Shown here: positions 14,201 through 28,751 of the stretch, in pieces
Layout of the letters: each line of letters opens with the position of its first letter
Position numbering within the stretch: position 1 is the stretch's first letter
NCBI RefSeq assembly: GCF_902459465.1
Contig: NC_047062.1
Location: 4,340,001-4,404,000, forward strand
Origin: Asterias rubens
Taxonomy: Eukaryota
Direction: 5' to 3'
DNA: 64,000 nucleotides
Notes under the pieces: model-generated
Told to the model about the DNA's origin: nothing
What the model saw: the letters and a program-made list of their open reading frames with translations, nothing else
Database searches by the model: none
Program-made: the position numbers and the translations under genes

Positions 14201-17200
14201 CAATTACCATAGTGTCCATTGTCTTTAATGTTGATAAATTTCTCACTTCTCCTTCAGTGTCCAAATTAATGGCTTTGAGATTGGCTATGGCTGGATCACT
14301 GAAAATGCATATTCTTCAGCAGCCAGCAGCCATAGCCTAAGCGGAAGACATTATTATGATCATATATTTCTGGTAACCCTGTAGAGAAATACATTGTAGT
14401 ATCTTCTGTGTCGCCTCGAATAATCTTTTATTAGAAATTGCACTTTACAAGTTTATATTGTTAATTATTATAATTATATAAGAAATGGTGTCACTGTGGT
14501 CAAGTGGTTAGACTGCAGGACTTGCAATCACAAAGTTGTGGGTTTGAATCCCTCAAGCTAACCGCTGATTTCACAATGACTAGAATCGTTATTGTCTTCT
14601 AGTTACTGAATCACAATTTCTTGATTTGTGCAACTCATAATTGTGTAACAAATTAATTTGTATGGGAGAGATTGCCTGTTGCGTTTAAAACCCCTTTTGG
14701 GAGTTTGCCGAATTCCCTTGATTGGGAAGACCATCTAAACAAGTTCATTGCACGTACTATTCACACCATTACCTGTATCAGCAGGCTTGACTTCTGGTGT
14801 CTTGGCAGTGACTGTTCCATTTGCTTTTGCAGGGGTTGCTACTTTGGTTGCACTGTTTGATGGGGATACTTTAGGGGCTGCCTTAGCTGGTGTCTTGGCA
14901 GCTGCACCTCCACGGGCTGCTGCACCCCCTCTTGCTAGAGTGGAAGATCCCTTGGGTGCAGCGGCCCCTCGTGCTGGATGCATGAAGTTAAGAAGAGATG
15001 AGTTTAAAAATGAAGACAGAAATGAAGTCAAACTGTAGCCATACCCGGTTGGCTTTATAGCTGTGCAACTTTATGGTTACTCAATTGACAATCACAATTG
15101 GTTGATTTGTGCAATTCATAATCACAGACGTTAAACCAATTTTTGAATTCATACAAACATTGGTTTGAGAGAGAATGGCTGTTGCCAGCTTGCGTTATTG
15201 TATCACCCTTGTGGTAGCTTTTCCAGAGTTTCTCTTTTTTACCAACCCCCAAAAACAAATAACGAACAATCCCTACCTGCTCCCCTGGAAGCACCCCTTG
15301 CTGCAGCACCCCTTGTAGTTGCCCCTCCTCTTGTAGGTGCACCCCTTGCTGCAGGTGCACCCCTTGCTGCAGGTGCACCCCTTGCTGCAGGTGCACCCCT
15401 TGCTGCAGGTGGCCCTCTCCCTCTTGCTGCAGGCGCTCTACCCGCTGGTACCTTAGTCGCTCCTGTTGCAGGTGTTTTGGCTTTCTCAGCTGCTGCTTTC
15501 TTGGCTTCCTCTTCTTTCAGTTTGTTCTGCCACCAAGCTTGATCTGCAATCAATGTCAAAAAGGTATTGTTTTAACAAAAATATCCAATGATAAATTTAA
15601 AATGGATAATTTTTTTATACAATTTTCCTGAATAAGCTTGCACACCTTGCACTTTTTTAAATACTCTTCACCATGTTTATATCACACATTCATAAATACC
15701 TCAGACAGTTTCGCTGTTCCGATTGGTATAGAGCATGTCGCGTGGGGGTGTTTAAATGGTCGATAATGACCAGCTGGAGCTCTGTTTATAACCTGTTGTT
15801 TTCGTATACTACGCACTAGTCTTGGTGCAAGACATTTCTTGTTACGGGCAATGCAGGCGCTGTCGGTGAGTTGGCCACGCTGTGTGTGAAAGGAAAACAA
15901 GAATGTCTTACACCAACGCGCATGAACGGATCCGCAAACTGTCTTCTCAGCCATAACAATGCAACACACGGACGTACAGAGCTCAATCACGTCGGAAACG
16001 AATCAGTTTTACAGAGTTTCTTACTTTATTACGCCTTTTACCCAAAAAGGCATTTATGAATGGGAATAAAAGAGTAGCGACTCATTCTTTAACGGCCGTG
16101 TAAAACCTTGCAGGGTCATTGCCGTGCGATAAAGGCCTTTTTCACACGGCAACGACCCTGCTGGTTTTAAACGGCCATTTAAGAAATCGTCGCTACCCTT
16201 TTATTGCCTTATTTAAACATGCCCACGTGATCTCCTCTCAACTAATCAGGATAGATAACCTTTCCATATACATATGTTTTTACAGGAATTCAGTCAATCT
16301 CACCCTTGAGTTGCTCCGGGATGTCTCTGCCAGTGATGGCTTTCCCTTCCTGTGCTATACTAGCTCGGTATGACAGTCTAGCATCAACCAGCGCCTTCTT
16401 GCCAGACTCTGCAGCTGGATCGTTATCATACATAGCAAGCTGAGAGTTTCCAAGTTGGCACAGTGTCTGGCTGGATGTAGGCTGGGCTATCACACCCTTC
16501 TGGCACGTCTGTAACCAAAAAAAGGAAACCACACACTTGTTGTAGTTGGTATGGCACTGCTCTAGAATTGCAAATGTCGTAGGTTCGAATCCCATCCGAG
16601 TAATATGCCTGTGATTTTTTTTCTTCACAGAACTCGGTAAAGTACTGAGTATACAGAGCCAACACACATTGGTATTTATGGGTAAAAACAAAAGGAATAT
16701 TCTTTATCCCGATGCAAATTAAAAGTCACCTGGAAGTGGTATTTTTTCAAAATAAAGCTTTTGACACTAATATATGTGTTTTGATGAGTGGAATGTGAAT
16801 AAACAGTTAACTAAGGTTTTAAAAAATTAGTTATTATGTTATGTACAAATTTAAGAGTAGACCCCGACATGAGAGGGCGCTGTTTGTGACGTCAATCGAG
16901 GCAGACTTTGCCTGTAATGCGTAGAGTAAACACAATTGCAAAGTACATCTACGGACCAAGTCGTGAGTTTGTACGTTTAAAAAAAAAAAAAAAAAGGGTT
17001 TTTTTCCGGCAATGGCGACCAGGTGTATTGCTGCTGAATGCAGAAAAACACTTTTTGAAATGTACCAACTCACGACTTGGACGAACATGTACTTTGCACG
17101 TGTGTTTACTATACGCATTGCAGGCAAAGTCTGCCTCGATTGACGTCACAAAAGGGGTTGGCGGAGTCAGCCCCCAAACAACTTTATATATTTTTTAAAC

Positions 17201-20200
17201 ATATAAATCGTAACAAACAATTACTAAAAAAATTGTTTTATTGTCCGTAAGCATATACTCTTATGTTTGAAAGAAAACAAAATTCTATTTCCAGGTGACT
17301 TTAACATCTATTAAAAAGTGTTCTTCTTTCTTATTTCACATTCACTACTTTCTGGAGAACGAGAACAAAACAGAAAAGAGAACACAAAGGTCTCCATGGG
17401 ATAATTCTAAAGACTGGAGTGCTCCACAAGGAATTGTGTGTACAACGTCTTTGGGAGGCGGACCAAGGAAAGAACAAAAGATGTCTCAACGGGATGCAAA
17501 TAACACTCATTTTTGAAAATGAATCAAATAATTAACAATGTGGGTGGGTAGCCTAGTGCACCAAGCTCAAGCTATAATCAGCAGGGGTTCAAGTCCCGAT
17601 CTTGGCAAGACACCTGACCATTATTGCTTCGCCCTTCAGATGGGGATGCAAAGCCACTAGTTCCATGTGTTGTGTTATGCATGTGAAAGTACCAAGATAC
17701 ACTTATACAGTTCAGAGAAGTGGTTCACCCCGGTGCTTTCTGGTATGGTCTACTGAAAATCGCGCCACAGGACCTTGCTGCTGTATGGGTCTTATAATTC
17801 GAACATATAGCCTCTACAAACTTTGTAAAAAAATAATGAGCGCTTCGAGATGCCCTTCCGTATGACAAAGCGCTAAAGCGAAAACTGCCTATTATTATTA
17901 AATAATACCTTCTCCTGCAACTGGAGTATTTCAATGCTTTGGGGTAGGGATGAACATCTTATAAGAGCAGTGACTTGCTGACATCGTTGAGCAATCCAAG
18001 ACGTATTCCCTGGATTGGTCTCTTGCAGCATCTCAAGGAGATTGGAGTGACAATCCAGGAGGATCCACTCCAAGGATTGATAAGTGTCACCTCGAGACAC
18101 CAGAGAACACAGGTTTTGGGACGCAAGTAACGCTGTACTGTAGTGGTAACAAAATGAAATGCAAAAGAAATGAAGAGCAAAGCAAAAATAGCACTGAATA
18201 TACTCAGTACTTTCTTGTGAAATAAATATCACAGGCATATTGAACACATCACCCTTGCAATTCTAGAGCATTGTCTTACAAACTTTTTAATTTGTTTATT
18301 TTTTTCACAGGACTCAGGAAAGTCATGAGTATACAATGCTAACACACATCGGTGTATGGGTAAAAACCAAAATTAATATTCTCTGTCCCCGATGCAACTT
18401 TAACATCTTCTATAAAATAATAATGCTGTTTACATGCAGTCTAGCTTTCCACAGAATGTTTGTATGAGAACAGAACTGGGCGCAATGTCACAAAGCCTGT
18501 AAGCATAAACAATTCCCCAACTGAATGGCTCACCCATGTTGATCAAGAGCTACATGAATGAATGGTGTTTGAGTCACTTGAACAAGAATCGCATTGTCCT
18601 TAAGATGGTACAATTTTGCAGCAAGATGGGCAGTTGATACAAAAACATGGTCGCAAAAAAACTAAAGCAACAACAAATATTATTTGTCTTTTTCCCTTAC
18701 ACTGATGTGCGTTGACGGAAAAAAAATCTTCTCTGTTAGTAAAAACAAATAAAGTTGTCCCCCAAGAAGGGTAAAACTTTGCTTCACACTGTTTCTGGAA
18801 ATAAGCATAACCATGCACATACCTGTGGAATACATTCTGTGCTGCCATTTTGTTTGGCAGTTGTGATATCTTAAGGAGTCCTCCCAGTGTGACACACCCA
18901 CGATAGAGTTGGATGTTGCTGGATCGCCAAAGATCCTCAGAATGCAGAGGAAGGTCAACGACACTGTGTAAATATAAAAACAGATTGCATTTAGTCTTGG
19001 GGCAAAGCATTGTTATGCACTTATTTCCATCACTGGGCATTGAAATCGCAGTGTTGCATTCCATATGTAACTCGGGTGTGCGGCTGTGTTCACTACCATT
19101 CAATTAAGTATTTTTATTTACTTGAGCCAGTGTACAACACCTCACTATAATAATAATAAGAATAAGTAAAATAAAACCAGCTCTTATATAGCGCAATTCC
19201 AAAGAATCGATCGATGCGCTTTACACACAAACAATAGCAAATATACTACACTAGAATAAATAAGTTTTGAGGTTGCGTTTGAAAGCTGAAACTGTTTGAG
19301 AGGACCTTATGGTATTTGGTAATGTGTTCCAGAGAGTTGGCCCGAAAACACTGAATGATCCATCGCCTATCCGCCTGCTACTCTTAGGGATGGAAAGACG
19401 AGTAACGTCCCGGCTCGATCGCAGGCCTTCCCTAGATGGTACATGGGTGGCAATGCAGTCTTTCAGGTAGACAGGCGACAGATCATTCAGAGCTTTGTAG
19501 ATGTAGAGTAGTGTTTTGAACTTGATCCTTTTGTCAATTACTAACCCTGAGGGCTGGTAACACCGAGTCATGGCAGATCTGATTTATTTCACTGTTTAAG
19601 TTCAAATGTCCTGGGAGAGTCAAAGTCCTTCGTAATATTGACTAGACTGTTTCACATCTAAGAGGGGGTCAGGTCCCAGAGCTTAGAAGTATTTTTTTTT
19701 GAGAGACTGAAATTTATTTCACTCATACACTTTGTGCACAAAATTGTACAGACATAGAGTGTAGAGCAAGTTTTTAGATTTGGAAGCAAATCTTGTAAAT
19801 ATAGCATCAATATCATAGAAGTATGTTGGGTTTTGTTGTAGCACATACTCTGATTGTTCCAACTTTGACATGTATCAGCACCAGTGTGAAAAAAAGAGTT
19901 TAAAAGAAATAAACTGATAAACAATACAATGGTGTAGATATAAATTCTGTAGAGTTAAGCCCAGTTCATACTTGCAAATATGATGCGTTACAAATTTTGA
20001 CGCCACAAATTCACAACGATTTGTTCACAACAGTTGAAATGTGCTCAACTCCTGTGAAACACTCGCTGCAGAAACAGCCATGTCATGTCAAAATTTATAT
20101 CGCATTCGCATTTGCAAGAAGTATAAACCAAGCTTTAAGAGCCCACACCAACCTATCGGAATCGGACTCCGCCTTTAGTGTAACACACTGCAGGAGATAC

Positions 20201-23200
20201 ATCCAGCCATCATGGAGATATGTGATGGCTTCTTTAGCTCGATTTCCAACTCCTCCTTTCTGCTGAGCAAGAGCAAGGCCGAGGTAAAACCTAAGTGAAC
20301 AAAACAAAGATGAAGAATTTATACTTCACAAAACAATAATGCAAAAGCCACCATCATGCGGCCCACCCTCGCTCATGTCACATTAGGCATTTTACAGGCA
20401 ACCCGTCCGAAGCAACATTAAAATGTTCACATTAAGTTCCTTTGTGCATGAAGTGGAGTTGGTTGCCTCCAAGTAACCTGGAAATAATGCCCTGTGTGAT
20501 AAGGCCCTAATAGAATTCTCGTATTGACTGTACTTGGGCCAAATTTAAATTTCATAGAGCTGAAAAATATTGCTTAAACATTTTCTGGGTCTAGTCATAA
20601 CCAAGCATTAAAACCTCTTCATTTTCTACAAGGCGCCAGGTCTGAGGTCTCCACCTGCCTTGTGCTACATTAAATTGATCCTTCATTAGTTCACTCCTGT
20701 ATTAGAATCATTCACTCTAAAGTACATCAGAATGTACAGATTAAAATGCAAAACTTTAAACAATTATTTCCATGGTGCTATGGCAAGCTTCTTATTTTTG
20801 TTTAACCCCAACATATTTAAATCATTTTCCCAGTCAGTTTCCCTTGTCGTTTATTACTGGATACTCTAATTAAAATCAAAACATTGACTGGTAAAATACA
20901 AAAATTACTGCGTTATCAAATGTAGTCAAGGTGCTCTTAACACAAAAATTGAATAAAGACACAAACAGAGGGGGAACACAATTATTTAAAGCCATTGGAC
21001 ACTTTCAGTACAGAAACAAAAAAAAGTTCACAGATTTACAATAGGGTTTACAGAAAGTAATGGTGAAAGACTTCTCTTGAAATATTATTCCATGAAATGC
21101 TTTACTTTTTGAGAAAACATTAAAACATATCAATTCTCGATATCAAGAACTACGGATTTATTTTAAACACATGTCATGACACGGCGAAACGTGCGGAAAC
21201 AAAGGTGGGTTTTCCCGTTATTTTCTCCCGACTCAAATGACTGATTGAGCCGAAATTTTCACAGGTTTGTTATTTTATATAGAAGTTGTAATACACGAAG
21301 TCTGGGCCTTGGACAATACTGTTTACCGAAAGTGTCCAATGGCTTTAAACATCTATTAAGCTTTTATTGAGCCCCAGCAACCCACCTTGCAATAGTTAGA
21401 TTGGGTTTCAATCCCACGGCTAGCTGAAGTCTGATCAAGGCCTCATCAGGTTTGCCTTGTAGGAGAAGTAGGCGACCCACATGGACATTGTAGATGGCAT
21501 TATTCTGATCAAGGGACAGGGCATCTAGGTATTTGAGGTAAGCTTGCCCGAGGGGCGTCTCTTGATCGGAGGCTGCCTGAGCTGCCCGCCCATCCTGCAT
21601 AGAGAAACAAAAGAAAGCATTAAATATTATTTCATTTGATTATTACTACTTTTATTTTTTGCAGCCTCCTCGGAATAAAAAACAAAAAGTCAAAGCAGGG
21701 TTTAAAAGAAGTTAATTTATAAGGAATAAAAACTTTTGTATTGTACAGGATTGGTAGAGCTGACATAAATAGTCGCAGTGTTCATGTTTTGTGTTATCAA
21801 CCCTATACATGAAATAACAAACCTGTGAACATTTTGGCTTAAACTGTCGTGTGAGTCAGGCAAAAAGAGTAACGACTCATGCCCAACATTCAGCATGTAA
21901 TTACATTGTCCTTTAGATTTGGTAATGACAACCGAAATCAGCTGTTGCCCTATTTTAGGTTTTCAAATATAGTTTTCGTGAAAATGTCTTCATTTCAAAC
22001 AATTGTGATGGCACTAAGGCTGCAAATAGACTGGTGCCTTTTAAACAACTCATAATGTAGGCCTACTGCTGATCACCTAATGGAGATGCAAGGAACCCAT
22101 TAACGATGATGCCCAGCTTTACCTGGAGAGCTTGTTTAGACTTCCATATATACAACCCCTGGACGTAGTCTGCTTTCCCCGACTGCCCAGAATCCAAGAG
22201 GAACTTGTACTCTTCATCGATGGCTTGTAGTTGTCGAGCCAGTGGAGCATTGGATCCTGCCCCTCGCTGTACGCAGATAGCCTGGATGTCATCCTCTTTG
22301 CTGCTTGCTTTGGCATCCAAGCTAAGGGAAGCCATTCCCAGGCCAACATCATCTTCCTACAAACAGTAGTTAAACTTGATTCTGTTAATATGGGTTTGAA
22401 CATGGTGTTATCCGCAAACCAATCTTAGTTATACTTCCACCATTGGGGAGGTAGTTCTTTCTGCTCTACCTGCTCTGATGGATGATACCCAAGCCTGCAT
22501 CCATATATGAAACCCTGTTTCAGCCTCAGGAGTAGGTGGCAACAGCCCCTAGAAAAAATAAATTGTAGCCCACACCTTAAGGCCTCTGGCGACTTGCATA
22601 AACAAAAAACATGCAAAGTTTTAAATCCTACCTAATATGGGTTTTAAGACTTTGCATGTAGGGGTATCAAATGTATGTTTAGTTTGCGGTAGCATCAAGT
22701 GTACTTTGAGCTGTAGATTGGTCTTGAGAACATGGGTCTTGCTGCGAAGTTAGATTTAAGATTTTGGGAGATTAATTAGTTTTTAATAATAATAGTAATA
22801 CAAATAAAACCATAATAAAAGATCTGTTTTGCTCACTAAGTCCTACCTGATGGGGGAGGTAAAACATCGACCGGGACTACTACTTTTGCTTAGTGGATTA
22901 AGGAAACTTCTAGTTGTTAAATGCACTGCCGTGCAGTGAGTTATTAAAACACTCCTCAAAAAATAAGTTTTCCAATGTTTATGATATCTAGTATTGAAAA
23001 ACCCACTTAGTAAGGAAAACAATACCTTTTGTTTCCATCTACTCATTTCTCAAAAAAATATGAAACTTGCAAAATCTTACAGCAAATGTATTACAAGTTT
23101 ACAGCAAAAGGTATGAGAAGACCTTGGCATTAATCCTTCACACTTTCCATATTGCAACCTGAAAACTTTCTCAGTTAAAATGTCCTACTTTTGAATCGCT

Positions 23201-26200
23201 TGCATTTAATTTTTTAAGGGGTTCACATGCTGCTGCACAAACCTCAGTTTTGTAGCCAAACATATCTTGTGCATAATAATGCTCCTCCAAAACGAGTCCT
23301 AACTGGAAATGATGACTGGCTTGCTTAGGGCTCTGCTTCATGGCTAGAGCTAGATTGACGGCAGCTACTTGCAAATAATCCAAGGGAGATTTCCCTCCCT
23401 GGATCCTGCCTGCCTGTCCTGATAACAAGAAACAAACAAAGTTCCAGTTGATTATCTGTTTGGCATGTGTCGTAGCTGAGAAGTCTAGTTCACCGATCCA
23501 AGCTCTGGTGTTGTCAGCAGCAGAGTATGGGTTTGAATCCTGGTCGTGACACTTTTTCCCTTGAACAAGGCACTTGTTCATAATTGCTTCGTACAAATTT
23601 GGGGAAGGTAGTGCATACTGCTTTACCAGCCAGGCTCCTAGTGGATGATACCCAAGCCTACATCCTTCTGGACTGTGAAGGGGGGGGGTAACCCTGTTTC
23701 AGCCCAAGGAGTAGGTGGCCACAAGCCTCTGGTGGCAGTTGATTTGGGTCTTTCTCTCCTAACAGTGGTCCGCAAGCCAAATAAAAGTTAAAACACCTGA
23801 GCACCAGTCAAAGTTCTCTTCAAGTGGTCCGGCTGTCTTGTTTAATGTTGAAAAGCATCCTTATTGAATATGGACTAGTGAAAATCAATCGGGCCTGGTG
23901 AAATGTCAAGAAATTTGGTCATGCTGGTTAGTAACTGAAAAGGCTAAGAGCAAACCCTGCCAACGGTTAAAAGCACCTAGCATTCATCAAGTAAATGTTT
24001 TTAATACTGAGCAGAATGATGCTGAGAGCTTGCTCTTTGCTCTTGTAATACATCAGTGAGATGATTAAAGCATCTTTATACTGACCTTGTTTTGGCAGGC
24101 TCTTCCTGTATAGTCCAATCTGCTTCTTAGCCTCATCCTGGCTGCCAGATCCTCCAGTCTGATGAAGACTCTTCTCCCAAGAATGATCCTGAGACACACA
24201 AACATAAATACATGAATTGATCCTCAGGAATTCTTTAAAGACACTTGACACTTTGGATCAATTAGTCATTGTAGTTTCCAATTAAAAGATCAGGGTTGAG
24301 GTATTTCTTTATTTGAGTGAGAAATTAGCCTTTCTCACAATGTTTTATACTATCAACAGCTCTCCATTGCTCATTACCAAGTAAGTTTGTATGCTAATGA
24401 TTATGTTGAGTACCAATAGTGTCCAGTGAAAACCAAAACTATTAAGACAACAGTAACTTTTAGACACAGATTTTATACAAGAGTTTTACACAGCATGGCC
24501 GAGTGGTCAAACGCACTGTGTTTCTAATCAGTGGGGTGTGGGTTCAAGTCCCTGTTTTGGCACTTGTGTCCTTAGGCAAGACACTTAACCACTATTGGAT
24601 TAGAAAAAAACCTTTAGGGATGATTACCTTAATTGAGTGTTTGATGTCTCTATCTGAGTGCTTACTGGTACACAAGTTGGCTTTATGCCAGTCACTTTCA
24701 CCCTTCAAAACCTTCCTGCTGCAATCTCCACATGTGTCTGCTTCTCCCTAAAAAAAAAATTAAAATTGTTTAATTACTAGAATAATAAACTCTCCTATAG
24801 ACCCCTTGCATTAGCCGCCTTCTTGGTGAAACAAGCATGTGTAAAAGGCTATCATTGACTGAGAGTTGTGCGCAGCGCACACACTTTTACATTGTTTTAC
24901 ATCAAAGAAGGTGGTCAATGTGCAAACCATTTACTGGTAAGTCATTTCGTCTGATGAAGCCATACGTTTTCATTACTTCCGGATCCAAATCTGGCATATA
25001 TTTGTGTGTAATTTTTGAACAAAATATCAGCCATTTTATTGCTTAAAAGAATCTCTTACGACAGAAACTTACAGATCTGAGAAGAACCTGAGTATTTGAA
25101 GAAATATCTACAAGCCAAGTCCACCGATTAAACTTGTCTCACTTCAATCCTCCTACAATTAAAAACTAGCTCAATGCAATTCCGATTGGCCTGTGGTAAT
25201 TGTTAGATCCAGATTGTGTGTGAATTGGACAGAGAGGGACTCAAAAACATTCAAACCTGAGAAACAATTCTGCATGCAACATTGAATTGGGTAGTCCAAT
25301 TACAGATTATTCCTGGTGGACATAACCGCTCCAGATCTTTGGCAATATCTAAAAAATGCTACCAACTTTTGAAAGTAATTTGCACAGGTTAGTTCAAAAA
25401 TCAAAAATGCAGTACTTTCCCATTAAGGTGAGTGAAATGGGTGAAGCATGACCAGTACACTTTTGTCAAGCATTGTGGTATATACTTACAGGGACTTCTG
25501 TATCAGTCTTTGGTTTGAGGGTGCAACTTTTCACATGGCTGCCAAGTTCAGACAATTTGACTTTTGACTCGCATCCTGTAAAATAAATTAACAAAAAGTT
25601 TTGATGACAGTTTTGAACCTACATGTATGTTTTGCATTGCTGCTGTAATAAAATAAATAAATAAAATAGTTTGTTGTAAAAAGTCTCTCTGTCATTTGAA
25701 TTTTGTAAAAAAATTCATTCACACAATTAATCTTTAATTTTGGAAGGAAAAAGACAAAATGACTAGAGTTGAACCTTTGACCTCAGGATTAGCATGCCGT
25801 TACTCTACCAACTGAGCTATCTAGCCCTATATTGGCGGTGTCCCTATTTTGTCAGTATCCTTGTTCAGGTGTACCAGTCAGAAGCCATACAACCTGTAAC
25901 TTCCGAATAGCTAGGGATCAACACCCAAGTTTACGACACAATCTGGACAGTGGCCAACTCACGGGAATGCAAGTTCTTTCATACTAGCTCAGTTGGTGGA
26001 GCACCAAAAATGTAACCAGAGGTTGTAGGCTAAAATACTGCTCTCTAGTCAATTTTTCTTTGTTCAAACCAAAATTAAAAAGAATTTACCCAGTCAGTTC
26101 CCCTTATGGTTTATAATTGTAAATATTTATCTATAGCAAATTGTTAAATAAATCTGATTTACCTAGAAAGCTGTACGGGCATTTTACAATGGCCCCGGAG

Positions 26201-28694
26201 ATCTCCTTGTCTAGCGCCCTCTCTGTGACCTTCCACTCAGGGTCAAGGGGAGTGGCATCTAACGGATCCTGCTTTGATGTCTTAGTGAGTTCATCTATGA
26301 TGGGTTCGCTGAAGACATGCTTAGGATCTGAGCCCGATATGCTTACGGGACGGTAGAGGGGGGCTAAGGTGATGGGACATTCAAACTTCAGTGCTTGGTT
26401 CGGATCAATGAAGGTGACTGCTTGACTGAACCACTTTCTGATTACGCTGACTGAGTAGACCTGGAATACAATTACACAATAATTAAAACTATTTAAAACC
26501 CTATTGTCGTAATTGCACATAATTTTTACATTGTAAACTGAAAATACCGTTTTGTATTGTCCATTTTATTGATCAGTATTTATGACTTTGACATTGTTCT
26601 GTTTTACTTTTGTGAATCTCATCTTTTGAAATGGTTGTTTAGCTTTTTAACTTTTTGCCAGCTTTATGTATCTAGATTCCTTAAATTATTTTACTGTATA
26701 ATACTTTGCTTTGTATAAATTTTGTCTGGTCCAGACTTTTATTGTTGTTCTTTTCCAGCACCTTGAGGCGGATTCTTTCTGCTATTGTTTTTGCGCTTTA
26801 TAAATTTCTCTTTATTATTATTTTTTGTGTTCTATATTATTCAACATTAGGTTGACTTGACTAGTCATGCCGAACCATAAACTAACCTGTGCAAGTTGGC
26901 AATAATTATTCTAAATGTTTTGATGTAATTCTGAAGAAAAAAATGTTGGGAAAAAGAAAAGAAAAGCACAGCCAATGCTTCTATATAAGCCTTTTTGAGG
27001 TATGGTGGCCACTATAGGAGTGAAATGTTTGGGTGTATAGCCTATCCAAACTAAGTTGTGTTATAGTAAGGTGACTCTGGCCTGTGTCGGGAAGAGCTGC
27101 GTACAGCAATGGAGGACCATCATCATGGCCATCATTAGGCGCTTTACAAATGTCTTATTAATATTATTATTATTATCATCCGATGCTCCGCACCGACTGA
27201 ATGAATGAAGGTGTCCACCATTACAGAGATGAAATCACATTAGAAAAATTCAAATTTGTTATATATGCTGACCTGCTTATTTGACCCATCAACTGAAGTG
27301 ACCTCAATGCTGACCTCTGTCTGCCCAATATTGAGACTGACCTCTGACCCTGGATCTGACCCACACACTTTGACCCCTGTCTTCTTATCAGGAACAATAG
27401 GGGTCACAGTAATAGTTGTTGTGGAGCTTGGAACTGCACCTTTAGATTAAAAAAAGAAGAAGAGGTTTTTTTGAGTGATGTGCATCAACAGATACTTTTG
27501 GGCAAAATGTCATTGATTAAAAAATAAAAAAAAATTTATTGAAATTGTGAAATCTACAAATTCCACAGATTTTCCTTTCTTTTTCAGGGATTTCATGGCC
27601 GAGCGGTTTAGAGCATCCTATTTCTGGTGCTTTAGTCATCAGGTTGTGGGGGTTTGAATTCCAGCCATGATACTTGTGTCCTTGAGCAAGAAACTTTACT
27701 ACAATTGCTTCTCTTCACCCAGGGGTATAAATGGGGTACTTGTGAGGGTAGAAGATGATATTGTATTTTGAAAAAGCCTTCTGAGAGCGCCACAGCAGTC
27801 AAGAAAGAATACAGGCATACAGGTTGCTGAGAAAGAATACAGGAATGTTATTGGCCCAATGACCAGGGCACTACTGTAAAGCACATTGATATGTTATTGT
27901 AAAATTCGCTATATATTTTAACTAGTTATTTTAATAATAATATTCTAGACCAAGTAACCGGGGCACTATTCAGCGCCCCAGTTACTGGATCTATTATTAT
28001 TCCAACTTACAGATATACTCCAAAACATCGCAGCTAAACTCCGGCTGTAAGGCACCACTGGATACTTTGATTCCTGTCAAAGAAGCGTCACTAGCTGAAA
28101 GTCTCTTTGCGTTAATCTGGTACAGTTTGGTTGTACCATCTTCAGCTGACACCTCAATCTTTATGGCAGTGACATCCCCCTCTTTAAGTGGAAGAGTCCT
28201 CTCTCCACCACTTCCCTGTTTAAAATTAGTATTTCAGACAAATCTTTGAAATTTTATTATAATAAACCTGTTGTTTAATACAAAGTCGGATAATACCTAC
28301 TCCTAGAACTATGAGGTTCCTTTTGCTACCGGATGTTGTACTATTAGATAAGACGAAGAATGTGCCAGGTGATATAAGGGTAGCTTCGAAGGAGATGGAG
28401 AGAAGTACCAGGACCTGGCCAGGGAACTTCGTAAGAGTTGGCAGGTAAAGGTAAAAGTAGTCCCCGTGGTGGTTGGAGCACTTGGCACCATTCCCAAAGC
28501 ACTGGGGAAACATCTAGATGAAATAGGGACAAAGGTGAGGGTAGATCTGTTACAGAAGGCAGTGCTTTTGGGAACAGCGAGGATCCTGAGAAAGACCCTT
28601 CAGATCTAAGCCTACGGGACGTAGCCCGACTCGAGGAGCTACCGGCACAAAGGAAAATGAGATCTTTCTTTTGCATGCTGTGATAAAATAAAAT

Positions 28695-28751
<57 letters not shown>

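Noticed and set aside
14240-14380. Exon-like segment between exons 14773 and 13737
   Set aside because: Stops in all frames, and the flanking exons already join in phase.
14748-15542. Ala/Pro/Leu-rich plus-strand ORFs and the (QQGVHL)n ORF
   Set aside because: Shadow frames of the AARGAP repeat exons of the minus-strand gene.
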